Of a stretch of DNA of 64,000 nucleotides, positions 38,371 through 47,676 are shown in pieces (the first letter of the stretch is position 1; every line of letters starts with the position of its first letter). The stretch comes from a virus, in the IMG/VR virus record IMGVR_UViG_3300031965_000019, positions 2,490-66,489 of that record; one strand, given 5' to 3'. The notes beneath the pieces were generated by a model, which was not told the DNA's origin, made no database searches, and saw only the letters and a list, made by a program, of their open reading frames with translations. The translations under genes were made by a program, and so were the position numbers.

Positions 38371-39234
38371 CTAACCTTCACGAAGTCGATAACCATTTCC
38401 TACTTTCTCAAAGGCTTGGTCGTCAAGCACACGCTCCAGATGCTCGACGGAAAAGTTGGTGCGTCGTGATAGCTCGTTGATCGTGCGCGGCCAATCGGCG
38501 AGTGACAGTTCAGCGCGGACTATGTCGCGAGTTATAGTGCTACCCTTCTCTCCGCCGGCTTCGCGATCCATCTTCGCCAAAATTTCCGGAAGTGTGCGCT
38601 CTTTGCCTTTCTTGGAGTGGTTTGAATCAAGGGGCTTGCGCGTCTTGCTGGGCTGGCCTTTGGCGACAACTATTGGCGCCTCGACCCGGGCGAGTGGCGC
38701 GTTCGATTTCGGCAGTGGCTCGATATCTGGTTCGTCGGAAGGCTTATCCTCGTCGCGCGCTACCGGTTCCCTGAGTTGCGGTTTGGGCTGCGGTATTTTC
38801 TCGCCGTCATGCTGGTCTGTCTCCAGCAGTTTGATTTTGCCTTTGGGGTGAACGGCGACTTTTCCGGTGTCTTTTGCCAGCTTGATAATCAGAGTAGGAA
38901 TTCCCGTGTGCCTTTGGATAATTCCCGGGGCTCGCCAGCCAGGATTGTCACGCAGATACTCGAAAAGCGCTTCCAGGTGATCTTCGTCAGTGCGTTCGTC
39001 TACTTCCGGCTCGGCTTCGCTCGGCCCTTCCACTTCGGAGTCGTCGTCGACGTCTGATAGGTCATCGACCACCGATGCCTTTTCGGCGATGTCAGTGTCG
39101 TCGTCGACGTGACCTATCGCCCGCGCCACGCGCAGCACGAGGTCTGGATATTTCTCGGCGATTTCGACCAGTTCCTGCGCAGCGCCGAGCCGATCCTGTT
39201 CATCATGCAGCAGCGATTTAAGGGTTGCGTCCAT
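38371..39234 (-). CDS. Hypothetical protein with winged-helix-like segments
   Basis: LFEYLRDNPG…IQRHTGI and TINELSRRTNFS; track start 39369 is an alternative. Confidence 0.6.
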   Translation of the reverse strand: MDATLKSLLHDEQDRLGAAQELVEIAEKYPDLVLRVARAIGHVDDDTDIAEKASVVDDLSDVDDDSEVEGPSEAEPEVDERTDEDHLEALFEYLRDNPGWRAPGIIQRHTGIPTLIIKLAKDTGKVAVHPKGKIKLLETDQHDGEKIPQPKPQLREPVARDEDKPSDEPDIEPLPKSNAPLARVEAPIVVAKGQPSKTRKPLDSNHSKKGKERTLPEILAKMDREAGGEKGSTITRDIVRAELSLADWPRTINELSRRTNFSVEHLERVLDDQAFEKVGNGYRLREG

Positions 39235-39646
39235 GCGGGCGTGCCTTATGTAAACCTCTTCGGTGGGGGCGGCGGCGACGTAAGCACCGGACCAAGCGGC
39301 GGCAACGCCATACCGGTCCCGATGCAGGCGTGGCAAGTCGTGCGTTTGTGCCAGCGCCAGAATTGCCACCAGTGGCCGTAGTAACCATAGATTTTTCTAC
39401 GGATACGGTTCTGTACTCTTTCTCAGTCGCGACGTTCTCGTTCAATGGTTGCTCATTCTGCGTCTTCAGTGCGGCGTTCTCGTCAATGAGCTCTCTCAGC
39501 ACGCGGCGCAGGTCGTCGAATCTCAAGTTGCGGTCGGGCCAGCCGGGGAGTGGTAGGGAACGAAGACGGACGGCCCAGCACGTGTAGACATCGAACTCAC
39601 CACCATCAATCGCGGCGAGAATTTCTTGGACGTTGGGCTCACGCAT
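39218..39646 (-). CDS. Hypothetical protein
   Basis: ORF between neighbours; N-terminus resembles the 36813..36965 protein. Confidence 0.45.
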   Translation of the reverse strand: MREPNVQEILAAIDGGEFDVYTCWAVRLRSLPLPGWPDRNLRFDDLRRVLRELIDENAALKTQNEQPLNENVATEKEYRTVSVEKSMVTTATGGNSGAGTNARLATPASGPVWRCRRLVRCLRRRRPHRRGLHKARPHGRNP

Positions 39647-40166
39647 GGTCGGCCTCAACTTTCTGGTTTGGGAACTCTCTCACGCGCAAATCTTCCGGCC
39701 ATTGCGACCAGTCGCCGCCTTTGGAGTCTCGAATCTCAGACAGCTCGCACTCGATGTCTGCGCAAGGACAACTGCCAAGCTGCTTGACAAAGCATGGCAC
39801 ACCGACCGCTCGGCACTGCTCAATCAATGTACTAATCCATTCAGTGTCGCATCGCCTCGCCTTCGGCCCACTTTCTCCACCGACAATCACCCAACTGGGC
39901 GCGATGCCGTTTCGGATCACAGCCCAGAGGTCGATCGCTTCAATCAGCGGCTCAATAGCTTTGAAAACTTTCTTGCCGATATGGGATTGCGGCCATCGCC
40001 ACAGCATTCTCTGGACCGATACCCAGACAATGACGGACCGTACTCGCCAAGCAATTGCCGCTGGGCAACCAAGAGCCAGCAAGCCCGCAACCGTCGACCA
40101 GCGCGAAGGTAGCCCGAGCACCGCGATATGCTGCTTGAAAATCGCTTGCGGTAGAAGTGGTTTCAT
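39639..40166 (-). pseudogene. DUF5131 (Gp37/Gp68-like) C-terminal fragment with foreign 5' part
   Basis: IEPL…WVIVGGESG…FVKQLG…[15 protein letters not shown]; N-terminal Cys cluster absent. Confidence 0.75.
39950..40112 (+). pseudogene. Inverted HNH endonuclease fragment
   Basis: [46 protein letters not shown]. Confidence 0.8.
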
Positions 40167-40169
40167 GGT

Positions 40170-40466
40170 TCACCAGTTTCGTTGCGGTTGATGGAACGGC
40201 ACGCCCATCGAGTCCTTCGGCGGATTGCCATTAGGCGCCGGCGTTTCATCTTTGTCCGCGGCCTTCAACTTCGCATCTTGCGCCGTTATTTTGTCGATGA
40301 TGGCCTCGATGCAAAACAGGTTCATCGAGAGCCTGGCCCCGGGATCGCGTACGCGCGAATTGAATTCGATCACCGCTGCCTTAGTGCGCTCGTGCAGGCT
40401 CTTCGGCATCCTCACGGTTATGACTCGAATGACTTCCACTTCGGAATTCGTGCTATTCGTTTCCAT
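40170..40466 (-). CDS. Ribbon-helix-helix (Arc-like) regulator
   Basis: VITVRMPKSLHERTKAA…LSMNLFCIEAI. Confidence 0.7.
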   Translation of the reverse strand: METNSTNSEVEVIRVITVRMPKSLHERTKAAVIEFNSRVRDPGARLSMNLFCIEAIIDKITAQDAKLKAADKDETPAPNGNPPKDSMGVPFHQPQRNW

Positions 40467-40650
40467 TCTGAGAATCTCCCTTGGGTTTGTCGCGGGCGAG
40501 TAATTCGCTCCGCAAAATCTTCACATACGGCGGCGCCTCAATGCCCAAACACACTCCGGGTGGATCGCAGCCTTTCAACCTCGTGACCATGATGCGAATG
40601 TCGTCGCCAATCAAAATCGACTCGTTCAACTTGCGTGAAAGTATGAGCAC
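40453..40650 (-). CDS. csrA: CsrA-family translational regulator
   Basis: MLILSRKLNESILIGDDIRI…LGIEAP..VKILRSEL. Confidence 0.9.
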   Translation of the reverse strand: MLILSRKLNESILIGDDIRIMVTRLKGCDPPGVCLGIEAPPYVKILRSELLARDKPKGDSQNGNE

Positions 40651-40809
40651 TGCGAATCCTTTCTTGAAAATCCATGACCAGCGGCCCCGTCCGTGCGACC
40701 GCCGGTCGATTGTGCTTTACCTCGCGTGTAAACGATTCCTCAGAGGTCCGTCCCCGTTTCGTTCACCAGTTCGGTAAAGACTTTTAGCCGCCGACATCGT
40801 GCCAGCGGG

Positions 40810-41028
40810 TTAGCGTTGTCTGCCGAGTCTGTCTCGCTTCTTGTCCCTGGCCCGGTCCTCACGTTCGAGACGAGCCGCCACGTTGAAGTCGCTGTAGTCC
40901 GAACCCTCGTCCGGATCAGAGTCAAAATACGCGCCGCAGGCTTCGCATCGGTACTGGCCGCCGCCGATCGACTTCACCCGCTTCACGCGACCGCAACCCG
41001 GGCATTTTGGTTTCGTGCTCGTGCTCAT
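40810..41028 (-). CDS. Zn-ribbon protein
   Basis: CPGC…CEAC; GGAGA SD. Confidence 0.6.
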   Translation of the reverse strand: MSTSTKPKCPGCGRVKRVKSIGGGQYRCEACGAYFDSDPDEGSDYSDFNVAARLEREDRARDKKRDRLGRQR

Positions 41029-41066
41029 GTCTTTTCTCCTCAAGTCATCTCGCGACTGGCGGCCAA

Positions 41067-41402
41067 TCAACCCTTCTGGTTTACCTTCACGACTTTGACG
41101 CTCTCGACGCCCGGCTCAATGTAGTATTTTTTGCCCGACACGATGTAGCAATCCAGTTCGTGCTCATGCAGCGCCGCGGCAATGTCTTGCAGCCGGGCAT
41201 CCATCCCGTCCTTGAGCGACTTTCGTTTCTCCCGGTCGGCTTGATCGGCATTGCACAATTCATCGAGTGCGGGGATCCGCTCGTCGACGTCCTCCATGCC
41301 TTCGAGCGGATTTTGTCTCGGATTCCAAACGTCGAGTCCGTTCTCCGCCGGCACGATCTTGGCCGCTCCCGCTCGTTTGCGCTGTCTCGTCTTGGTCGCC
41401 AT
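41067..41402 (-). CDS. Hypothetical protein (111 aa)
   Basis: GGAG SD, coiled-coil core. Confidence 0.6.
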   Translation of the reverse strand: MATKTRQRKRAGAAKIVPAENGLDVWNPRQNPLEGMEDVDERIPALDELCNADQADREKRKSLKDGMDARLQDIAAALHEHELDCYIVSGKKYYIEPGVESVKVVKVNQKG

Positions 41403-41430
41403 CGGTAATCTCCTTGGTTAGGGGGAAAGG

Positions 41431-42033
41431 TTAAAACATGCTTGGTTGTGGCGTAGGCGCCACCGTTGGCGCCGGCCTCTTTTTCTTGGGGCTCTGGATG
41501 CCCAGCACCGTGTCGGCCGCTTCGCGTTGCGCCGCGATCTCAGGCTCGGCCAATCCTTCGGCAACCAAGCCGAGACGGTAGAGCCCGTAGGCGTCGTACT
41601 CGTCGTTCGAGCTCAATAAGACGCCGTAGCGTTTCGTGAGATGCGCCGCGATCATGTCCTTCGTGCCTTTGCCAACGCCCGTGCAAAACTTTTTCAGCGT
41701 CGACGGCGCGACCTCGAAAATTCGCGGCGTGAGTTCCGCCAAATGCCAGCGCAAAATTCCGCCGTACTCTGCGATCCCGGAGACGGCGTTGCCCATGCTG
41801 GCGAAGCTGTAGCCCTCGATGTAGACCGCGGCGATCGGACCGTCGCCAATCCAGTCCATGATCCGCGCGACCAAGTCGTCGTAACGCGCGACGCGCCCGG
41901 ACACGTTTTTGCCGCATGGCAGCGACGAGAAAACGGCCAAGCTGTAACTGTCCGTGTCGGCGCCGCCCTGAATGACCGCCGTGCTGGTCAGCGACGGATC
42001 GATGGCTAGGATGTTTTTTGCGACGTCGGTCAT
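41431..42033 (-). CDS. RuvC-like Holliday junction resolvase
   Basis: ILAIDPSL…YIEGY…KKFCTGVGKGTK…DEYDA. Confidence 0.85.
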   Translation of the reverse strand: MTDVAKNILAIDPSLTSTAVIQGGADTDSYSLAVFSSLPCGKNVSGRVARYDDLVARIMDWIGDGPIAAVYIEGYSFASMGNAVSGIAEYGGILRWHLAELTPRIFEVAPSTLKKFCTGVGKGTKDMIAAHLTKRYGVLLSSNDEYDAYGLYRLGLVAEGLAEPEIAAQREAADTVLGIQSPKKKRPAPTVAPTPQPSMF

Positions 42034-42269
42034 TTCATTTCCTCCAGTACGTACCGGTGACACAGCAGCAGCTTGCCGCCCACGTCCTCAAATCGTTTTT
42101 TGCACTCCTCGTAATCTCGCCGGCTCCCCGCCAACTCCACGCAGCGGATCATGCGCGACGTGCGCGGCACCGGCTGTTCGTACACGATGCGGATGATCTC
42201 CTTCGGCGCCAGCTCGCGACTCAGGCCGAACTCGAAGGCGATCTCGGATGTGTGATCGTGGTCAGGCAT
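42030..42269 (-). CDS. Hypothetical protein (79 aa)
   Basis: Overlapping stop/start with neighbours. Confidence 0.55.
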   Translation of the reverse strand: MPDHDHTSEIAFEFGLSRELAPKEIIRIVYEQPVPRTSRMIRCVELAGSRRDYEECKKRFEDVGGKLLLCHRYVLEEMK

Positions 42270-43239
42270 TGTCGTCTCCCGGCGGTGCTGACGGGCTATT
42301 TTTTTCGGCCTTCGCGGCAGACTTCGAACTCGGCTGGTTCGTAGGCGGCATGGTGATCGCCTTCCACTGCGCGTCGAAGTTTAGGCCAGCAGCTTTGCAG
42401 ACGCGAATCAGTTCGCTTTTTAGGTACCCCCACGGTCGCCGGATGACTTCACCTCTCAGAGTTCGCTCCTCGATCTGGACGACGATCGCCATAATGCTAT
42501 CACGCAGGTCTGGGTAGGCTGCAGCGATCGCCGCTGTCTTAACGACCAACTCGTAATTCGCGAGAGATAGCTTGCCATGCCCAGGTTGGACACGACCTGC
42601 AATGCTCTTGCTCTTGGCGCGCAAAGCTTCCCAAACCTTCCCCACATCCACCGGACGGACGGCACGGACGGCACGGACGGGAGCGACGGGCGGTTTCTCT
42701 CCGTCGTCCGTCCGTCCGTCCGTTAGGTCCGTTAGGTCCGTTAGGTCCGTAGTCTGGGTATTGCCCAGGTGACGACTGGGTGACGACTGGGTATCTACTG
42801 GGTGTCGGCTGGGTGGTGTCTGTTGGCCGGACTGGTTACTGTCTGGGTGTTGCCCAGGTGACGACTGGTCGGGAATACCATCCCAGGTTTCAAGCCATCC
42901 GATCTCCGCTTTTGAAGCCCACTCGAAGAGCCGTTCGAACTGGTCTGCGGAAGCCATTCCTTGACTCAGCGCGGCGAGCCGATCGAAGGTGTAGGGAACG
43001 CCACGAGAGGTCGCTAGAACGCCTCTCTCTGGCGCCTGTGAGGCGATGGCCACTAGAATGCACCAAATGCCGTACACCTCGGCTGCCCCATCCTGGTGCG
43101 CGTCAGCGAGCATCTGGCAACCATTAGAACCGAGATTGGTGGGCATGGATATCCAAGGCAGGGAGCGAAATCGTCGGCTGTCGGCAGTTTCGAAAGTCTC
43201 CCGCCACTTGGCGATTTTGTAGATTGTCTTTTCAGGCAT
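42262..43239 (-). CDS. Replication initiator (lambda O-like)
   Basis: YKIAKW…WISMP N-terminus, repeat-rich linker, helical C-terminus. Confidence 0.7.
   Translation of the reverse strand: MPEKTIYKIAKWRETFETADSRRFRSLPWISMPTNLGSNGCQMLADAHQDGAAEVYGIWCILVAIASQAPERGVLATSRGVPYTFDRLAALSQGMASADQFERLFEWASKAEIGWLETWDGIPDQSSPGQHPDSNQSGQQTPPSRHPVDTQSSPSRHLGNTQTTDLTDLTDLTDGRTDDGEKPPVAPVRAVRAVRPVDVGKVWEALRAKSKSIAGRVQPGHGKLSLANYELVVKTAAIAAAYPDLRDSIMAIVVQIEERTLRGEVIRRPWGYLKSELIRVCKAAGLNFDAQWKAITMPPTNQPSSKSAAKAEKNSPSAPPGDDNA
42652..42868. repeat. Iteron cluster, probable replication origin
   Basis: GGACGG vs CCGTCC inverted arrays; GTCCGTTAG x3; 11-bp-spaced CTGGGT; 28-bp duplication at 42752 and 42841. Confidence 0.7.
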
Positions 43240-43281
43240 CTATAGCCCTCCCCCTCTACTGCTGACCCCTGGTTTCGTCCA

Positions 43282-43821
43282 CTAAACGGCCCTAGCAAAT
43301 TCGCCGTGTAATTTACTTATCCCAGCAGCGTAGGCGCGATGCGCTTCGTCTGGGGTCTTGAATGAACCGAAGTAATGCGGAATTCCGTCTTTTTTGCCCA
43401 CCGCTACCCAACTACCGCGGATGAGGCGAACACCCTTAATACCATAACGATTATGGCATCGACGGTTGGCGTTGTTCTGCGAAATTGTAGCCTCCCGAAG
43501 GTTCTCAATCCTGTTGTCGTCACGGCATCCATTCTTGTGATCGAGAAGCATTCGCGGATGACACCCGTGGTAGTGAAGCCACGCGACATTGTGGGCACCG
43601 AGCATGCGGCAGCCTAGCAATGAGATATGTCGATAGCCTGTTTTGTTGTTGACGGAGCCAGCGATTGCCCCAACGTTTACACTGGTTTTATAGGGTCTCT
43701 TGCGCCATCTGAGTTGGCCCGTGTGCGGGTTGTAATCGAAGTATTCTCGAACAGTATCCGCCGAAATTTTTTTGATCTTGGGACTCAAGACCACCGCCTC
43801 CGGCTTAGTTTTCTTGGCCAT
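43282..43821 (-). CDS. HNH-AP2 homing endonuclease
   Basis: YNPHTGQLRW…LDHKNGCRDDNRIENLREAT…GIKGV…GSFKTPDEAHRAY. Confidence 0.9.
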   Translation of the reverse strand: MAKKTKPEAVVLSPKIKKISADTVREYFDYNPHTGQLRWRKRPYKTSVNVGAIAGSVNNKTGYRHISLLGCRMLGAHNVAWLHYHGCHPRMLLDHKNGCRDDNRIENLREATISQNNANRRCHNRYGIKGVRLIRGSWVAVGKKDGIPHYFGSFKTPDEAHRAYAAGISKLHGEFARAV

Positions 43822-43898
43822 GATCGGCCTCCAGAGTTAGGGGTTTGACTCTAATCTCCGCACAAGTTCGACAAATGCCACAGCAGCTTGCAACGGAC

Positions 43899-44429
43899 TC
43901 AAGCCACGCCAATCCTATCCAGTAACTCCAGCCGATAGTTGGCGATAACGAAATCAAGTAAATCGTCCACTCGTTGGCCGTATGGATGCGTTCTGCATGT
44001 CCACAATTCTAGATTCTCAATACTATTGTCATGAGAATTGCCATTGCGATGATGCACAGATTCCGTGGCAAGTAATCTCCGCCGCAGATGTCGCTCCATC
44101 ACAGCACGGTGTTCTAAAACCCTTCTGCCATCGTGCATGACAACTCGTCGGTACTTTTTGTGCATTGGTTTTTGTTGGTGTCCAAGAGTTTGTGAACGTG
44201 CGCTGCACTTAGTCGAGCAAAACTTATCCCTTGATGCTTTTGGCTGGAACTCATTGCCGCACGATGAGCACGTAATTGGCACGAGCTTTCTTCGTAGCGC
44301 TGATGCGCATGCGTGGCTGCAAGCTCGCCGCGATTCCCATCGGTTTAACTGCCAACGAGGTTTTCGATGGAACTGCTTTCCGCAATATCGACAAATCTTC
44401 GGCTTAGTCGGCGTCATCTTCTTGCCCAT
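43899..44429 (-). CDS. HNH endonuclease with Zn-ribbon repeats
   Basis: CxxC repeats; EHRAVME…VHHRNGNSHDN.IENLEL. Confidence 0.88.
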   Translation of the reverse strand: MGKKMTPTKPKICRYCGKQFHRKPRWQLNRWESRRACSHACASALRRKLVPITCSSCGNEFQPKASRDKFCSTKCSARSQTLGHQQKPMHKKYRRVVMHDGRRVLEHRAVMERHLRRRLLATESVHHRNGNSHDNSIENLELWTCRTHPYGQRVDDLLDFVIANYRLELLDRIGVA

Positions 44430-45546
44430 ATCCCAGCCCTTTCAGTAAGAACGACAAACGATAGTGCTGCTTGCAACGGAACGCAACCATTTCCTGCGCA
44501 GCGAAGCTGATCGGATCGGCTCGCGTCCACCACCAAGGTGAGCCCATCAACCAGCACACGAACGCCGGGTTTAACCGCCGGCGCTCGGAAGTCGAAAGAG
44601 CCGTCGGCGACAACTCGATCCCATCCGTCGAAGTCACCGGGACCAGGGGCGAAAAGTTCGCCGCTTGATCCGGCAACAAGTCCTCGCGCTCTTCCGCTCC
44701 CACTTGGCAGCGGCTCGTGTGCATCTGGCCCGCTGGGGTCTGCCACTGGTCGACCTGGTTCGCCAACTGAATCCCGTGATCCACTTCGCGAGGCGTTTGC
44801 GTTCGCTCGTGGGAGTTCGGCGTTGCCCACTGCTGCGCCTGTCCCGCCAGCAACGGCTCGTCGATCCGCTCCCCGCCCCGGCTCACGCTGCCGCCGCCCA
44901 TCCCGTTCGGACTCGCCCATTGACTCGTCGCTCCAGTCAGCGTTGGCTGAGTTGTCCCATCCTTTTGATTCTGGTAATCGCCGACTTCGTGCGAACGGAT
45001 GGTAGGCCAAGATGAACACTCGCTCGCGTCGATGCGACGCGCCAACCGCCTCAGCAGTGATAAAGAGCGGGCTTTCGATTTCATAACCCAGTCGGCATAG
45101 TTCCTCTCCGAAAGATCGAAACCATCCTCCTCGAACCCAGGCAGGGACGTTTTCGAGGAACACCAGGGCGGGTCGCATTTCTCCCACGATGCGGAGGAAA
45201 TGGGGCAAGGGGCCGTCGCCGTCTCCGAAGCTGCGATGGTCGGCGTTGCCAAGCTGCCTGCCAGCGCAAGAGTATGGCTGACACGGCAGGCCCGCAATTG
45301 CGATGTCCACCATGCCGTGAAACGGTCTGCCGTCAAAGGTTGCGATATCGTCCCAGACAAGAGCATCATCCAACGACGATTCCGCCATCCTCGCCACGAT
45401 AACGGACGCTGCGTATGCGTCCCGCTCAATGTAAGCCAAACTTTTATATCGTACGCCGAGCAATTCGCATCCTGCACGAATGCCTTCCGACAACCAACCA
45501 ACGCCGGCACACACTTCGATTCCATTCCAGGTACATGAAGCCACAC
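44404..45546 (-). CDS. Alternate-frame methyltransferase partner chain (motif IX-like)
   Basis: Open 380 aa; W[PAQ]TP-type repeats and RLNPAFVCWLMG.PWWWT. Confidence 0.7.
   Translation of the reverse strand: MWLHVPGMESKCVPALVGCRKAFVQDANCSAYDIKVWLTLSGTHTQRPLSWRGWRNRRWMMLLSGTISQPLTADRFTAWWTSQLRACRVSHTLALAGSLATPTIAASETATAPCPISSASWEKCDPPWCSSKTSLPGFEEDGFDLSERNYADWVMKSKARSLSLLRRLARRIDASECSSWPTIRSHEVGDYQNQKDGTTQPTLTGATSQWASPNGMGGGSVSRGGERIDEPLLAGQAQQWATPNSHERTQTPREVDHGIQLANQVDQWQTPAGQMHTSRCQVGAEEREDLLPDQAANFSPLVPVTSTDGIELSPTALSTSERRRLNPAFVCWLMGSPWWWTRADPISFAAQEMVAFRCKQHYRLSFLLKGLGYGQEDDAD
44414..45544 (-). CDS. C5 cytosine methyltransferase, catalytic chain
   Basis: EVCAGVG (I), GLPCQPYS (IV), ENV (VI), HRRERVF (VIII), LRCAGNG (X). 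Confidence 0.9.
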   Translation of the reverse strand: MASCTWNGIEVCAGVGWLSEGIRAGCELLGVRYKSLAYIERDAYAASVIVARMAESSLDDALVWDDIATFDGRPFHGMVDIAIAGLPCQPYSCAGRQLGNADHRSFGDGDGPLPHFLRIVGEMRPALVFLENVPAWVRGGWFRSFGEELCRLGYEIESPLFITAEAVGASHRRERVFILAYHPFARSRRLPESKGWDNSANADWSDESMGESERDGRRQREPGRGADRRAVAGGTGAAVGNAELPRANANASRSGSRDSVGEPGRPVADPSGPDAHEPLPSGSGRARGLVAGSSGELFAPGPGDFDGWDRVVADGSFDFRAPAVKPGVRVLVDGLTLVVDASRSDQLRCAGNGCVPLQAALSFVVLTERAGIWARR

Positions 45547-45547
45547 G

Positions 45548-46066
45548 TCATGCCCTCCATGCTTTTGCTCGGATGGCGTAAGCGTATGATTCGCTCATAC
45601 CCAACCGCTTGCGGACACTAGACACATCCGACGCTACGCACAAACGAATCTGTGCAATCTGATCGTCTGTAAATTTTGCCGAACCATTCTTGCCGCCAAC
45701 AGCAGCGTTCCCGTTGACTGCCTTATCAGACTCATTGCCTGATTGAGTGCCCCATCTAAGATTTCCGACAGCGTTGTTCCTGGGATCATCATCGCTATGC
45801 AACACCTGCGGAAGCTTCCGTGGGTTTTCAATGAACGCCAACGCGACAAGTCGGTGAACAAAGCAATTCATCTTTCGTCCGTTCACGACTGGTGTTACGC
45901 GAAGATAGCCCCGCCGCCCATGCGGTGATGGCATTAACGCTTTGCCGGAAATCTGAGAAATAATTGAGCCGTCGCTTCCAGCTATGTAGCCAGCAACGCC
46001 AGGAATATCACGATATTCGATCATGCCGACTCCGAATGATGCTGTAGTGATGATGGGAGAAGCCAC
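45548..46066 (-). CDS. HNH (NUMOD4-like) endonuclease
   Basis: YRDIPG..GY…VHRLVALAF…VLHSDDDPRNNAVGNLRWGT. Confidence 0.88.
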   Translation of the reverse strand: MASPIITTASFGVGMIEYRDIPGVAGYIAGSDGSIISQISGKALMPSPHGRRGYLRVTPVVNGRKMNCFVHRLVALAFIENPRKLPQVLHSDDDPRNNAVGNLRWGTQSGNESDKAVNGNAAVGGKNGSAKFTDDQIAQIRLCVASDVSSVRKRLGMSESYAYAIRAKAWRA

Positions 46067-46067
46067 A

Positions 46068-46454
46068 TCAATCGACCCTCCCGTACTCCGCCAGCGAGGC
46101 GCCGAAAGAATCGTGAACGATGGGGACAGTCATCGGCTCTGTGTGGCCTTCCGGCAGGTATTCGAGACCGGCGCGTGATCGTCGATCGCTGTGCGACCAG
46201 CGGAGTTGAATGAGCCGACAGAGGTCCGCGATTTCCTCGGGCGACGGCGCGTAGCAGAGATCACGGTATTCGACGAGCCGCGTCTGCGTGGTGCCTTCGA
46301 GGCGGACCACGATCCGATAGGTCAACAGCCGGGTGATCCTGGCGAACTCTCCTGCCTCGACTGTCCGACAGCCGCGCACGAAGATTTGCACTCTGTCGCC
46401 GACGCGCAATTGGTGGTCCGTGAGGTCGATATCATCCGTGACGTTTCGGATCAT
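46068..46454 (-). CDS. Hypothetical protein (128 aa)
   Basis: AGGAG SD; SH3-like LRVGDRVQI start. Confidence 0.6.
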   Translation of the reverse strand: MIRNVTDDIDLTDHQLRVGDRVQIFVRGCRTVEAGEFARITRLLTYRIVVRLEGTTQTRLVEYRDLCYAPSPEEIADLCRLIQLRWSHSDRRSRAGLEYLPEGHTEPMTVPIVHDSFGASLAEYGRVD

Positions 46455-46550
46455 CCTTAACTACTCCTGAGATCAATGATTCCAGTGCCATCCGGCCAGC
46501 GCGGCCTTGCGCCAGTACAATTTGGGGCCGCGCCGACCGGTGGATTTTGA

Positions 46551-46955
46551 TTACAAGTTACTGACCTCTTCCGGATCCAATTCACCTAATCGTTCGGCCT
46601 GTGAACGGGAGATTTCGTCGCCAGGCGAGTTCTCTTCCAGCGGCTTAAACGAAATCGAGTTCGGGTGAATTTCGTAAACCCGGCCGGTAGCGACGTCCTC
46701 GACCATTGCCGTGTTGACACGCCTGATCGGCCCTCCCTTGCCACCGCCCACAGTCTTACTGCCGAAGAGGTGGAAGATGCCTGGCTTCCACTCGGCGTTC
46801 TCATTCAACCGATACCAACAAGCCCGTTGCTTGCTGGTGAGCCGATCGAACACGTCGACCATTTCGGTAAAACTTCTCATTGACTCCGTGAAATCGCTGA
46901 GTGCCGCAATCGATTCCTCATTCAACGCAAGTGTGTCTGACATGCTGTCCTCCAT
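46551..46955 (-). CDS. Hypothetical protein (134 aa)
   Basis: Typical composition, in operon. Confidence 0.55.
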   Translation of the reverse strand: MEDSMSDTLALNEESIAALSDFTESMRSFTEMVDVFDRLTSKQRACWYRLNENAEWKPGIFHLFGSKTVGGGKGGPIRRVNTAMVEDVATGRVYEIHPNSISFKPLEENSPGDEISRSQAERLGELDPEEVSNL

Positions 46956-47019
46956 TCTTATGGGTAAAACTGGGGCCGTGAGTTTTCCATTGCACTTCCG
47001 CCCCGCTGGTGGCTACCAA

Positions 47020-47364
47020 TCACTCGATTGGCTCTCCCGAGATCAGGTCCACTCCGCAACTCGGCCTCGCCCGCTCCACTGTCTCGCGTCGCGGACCATT
47101 CAATCGCTGTGGCTGGAGCGTGTGGTCGCGAACCACGGTGAGCGAGTCTTTGGCCATCGCGGCCGCAAAGCGAACTCGCCGCGATACGTCGAAGTCGGCC
47201 AACAATTCGTCACATAGGTCCAGGGCTCGCTCGAGGGCGGTCTCGCCGACGTTGTACAGTTGCGTCCGGCCAGGCAACAGGTTGTGGTGGAAATGGGGCA
47301 TAACAAACCTAGGTACCGATGTAATCTTGGCTGTCGAATAGTTCTTGCAGCATCCGTGCTTCAC
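47020..47364 (-). CDS. Hypothetical protein (114 aa)
   Basis: GGAAAGAGAAG before GTG start. Confidence 0.45.
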   Translation of the reverse strand: MKHGCCKNYSTAKITSVPRFVMPHFHHNLLPGRTQLYNVGETALERALDLCDELLADFDVSRRVRFAAAMAKDSLTVVRDHTLQPQRLNGPRRETVERARPSCGVDLISGEPIE

Positions 47365-47674
47365 TTCTCTTTCCTGTTGTCTGTTTCTTCGGCCAACTGT
47401 CGGGAATTCTCATATTCAGATTCGCTCTTCCATTGAGCTTCATGTAATCCACACAGTCGGAGAACATCTGCAATCCTTCACTGCGCAGAAATTCGAGCGG
47501 TAAGAACAACCAACCAGCGGGGCAATTGGTGATGTTCTTTTCTTCCGAAACCATCATGCCGAGATGGCCTCCCGTGTTGAGCATGCAGCCGCCCTGTTCT
47601 AGCGTATTTTTGAAATAAGACCGCCGCGAGATCGGGCAGGAGAATCCTTCGGGATATTTCATGGGTCGAAGCAT
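47309..47674 (-). CDS. Hypothetical protein
   Basis: GGAG SD before MLRPMKYPEG. Confidence 0.5.
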   Translation of the reverse strand: MLRPMKYPEGFSCPISRRSYFKNTLEQGGCMLNTGGHLGMMVSEEKNITNCPAGWLFLPLEFLRSEGLQMFSDCVDYMKLNGRANLNMRIPDSWPKKQTTGKRSEARMLQELFDSQDYIGT

Positions 47675-47676
47675 GG

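Noticed and set aside
42919-42945. Gapped match of unit E to the replication initiator (14/18)
   Set aside because: Found by targeted scanning; roughly one such hit is expected by chance in 64 kb and it is not adjacent to the unit
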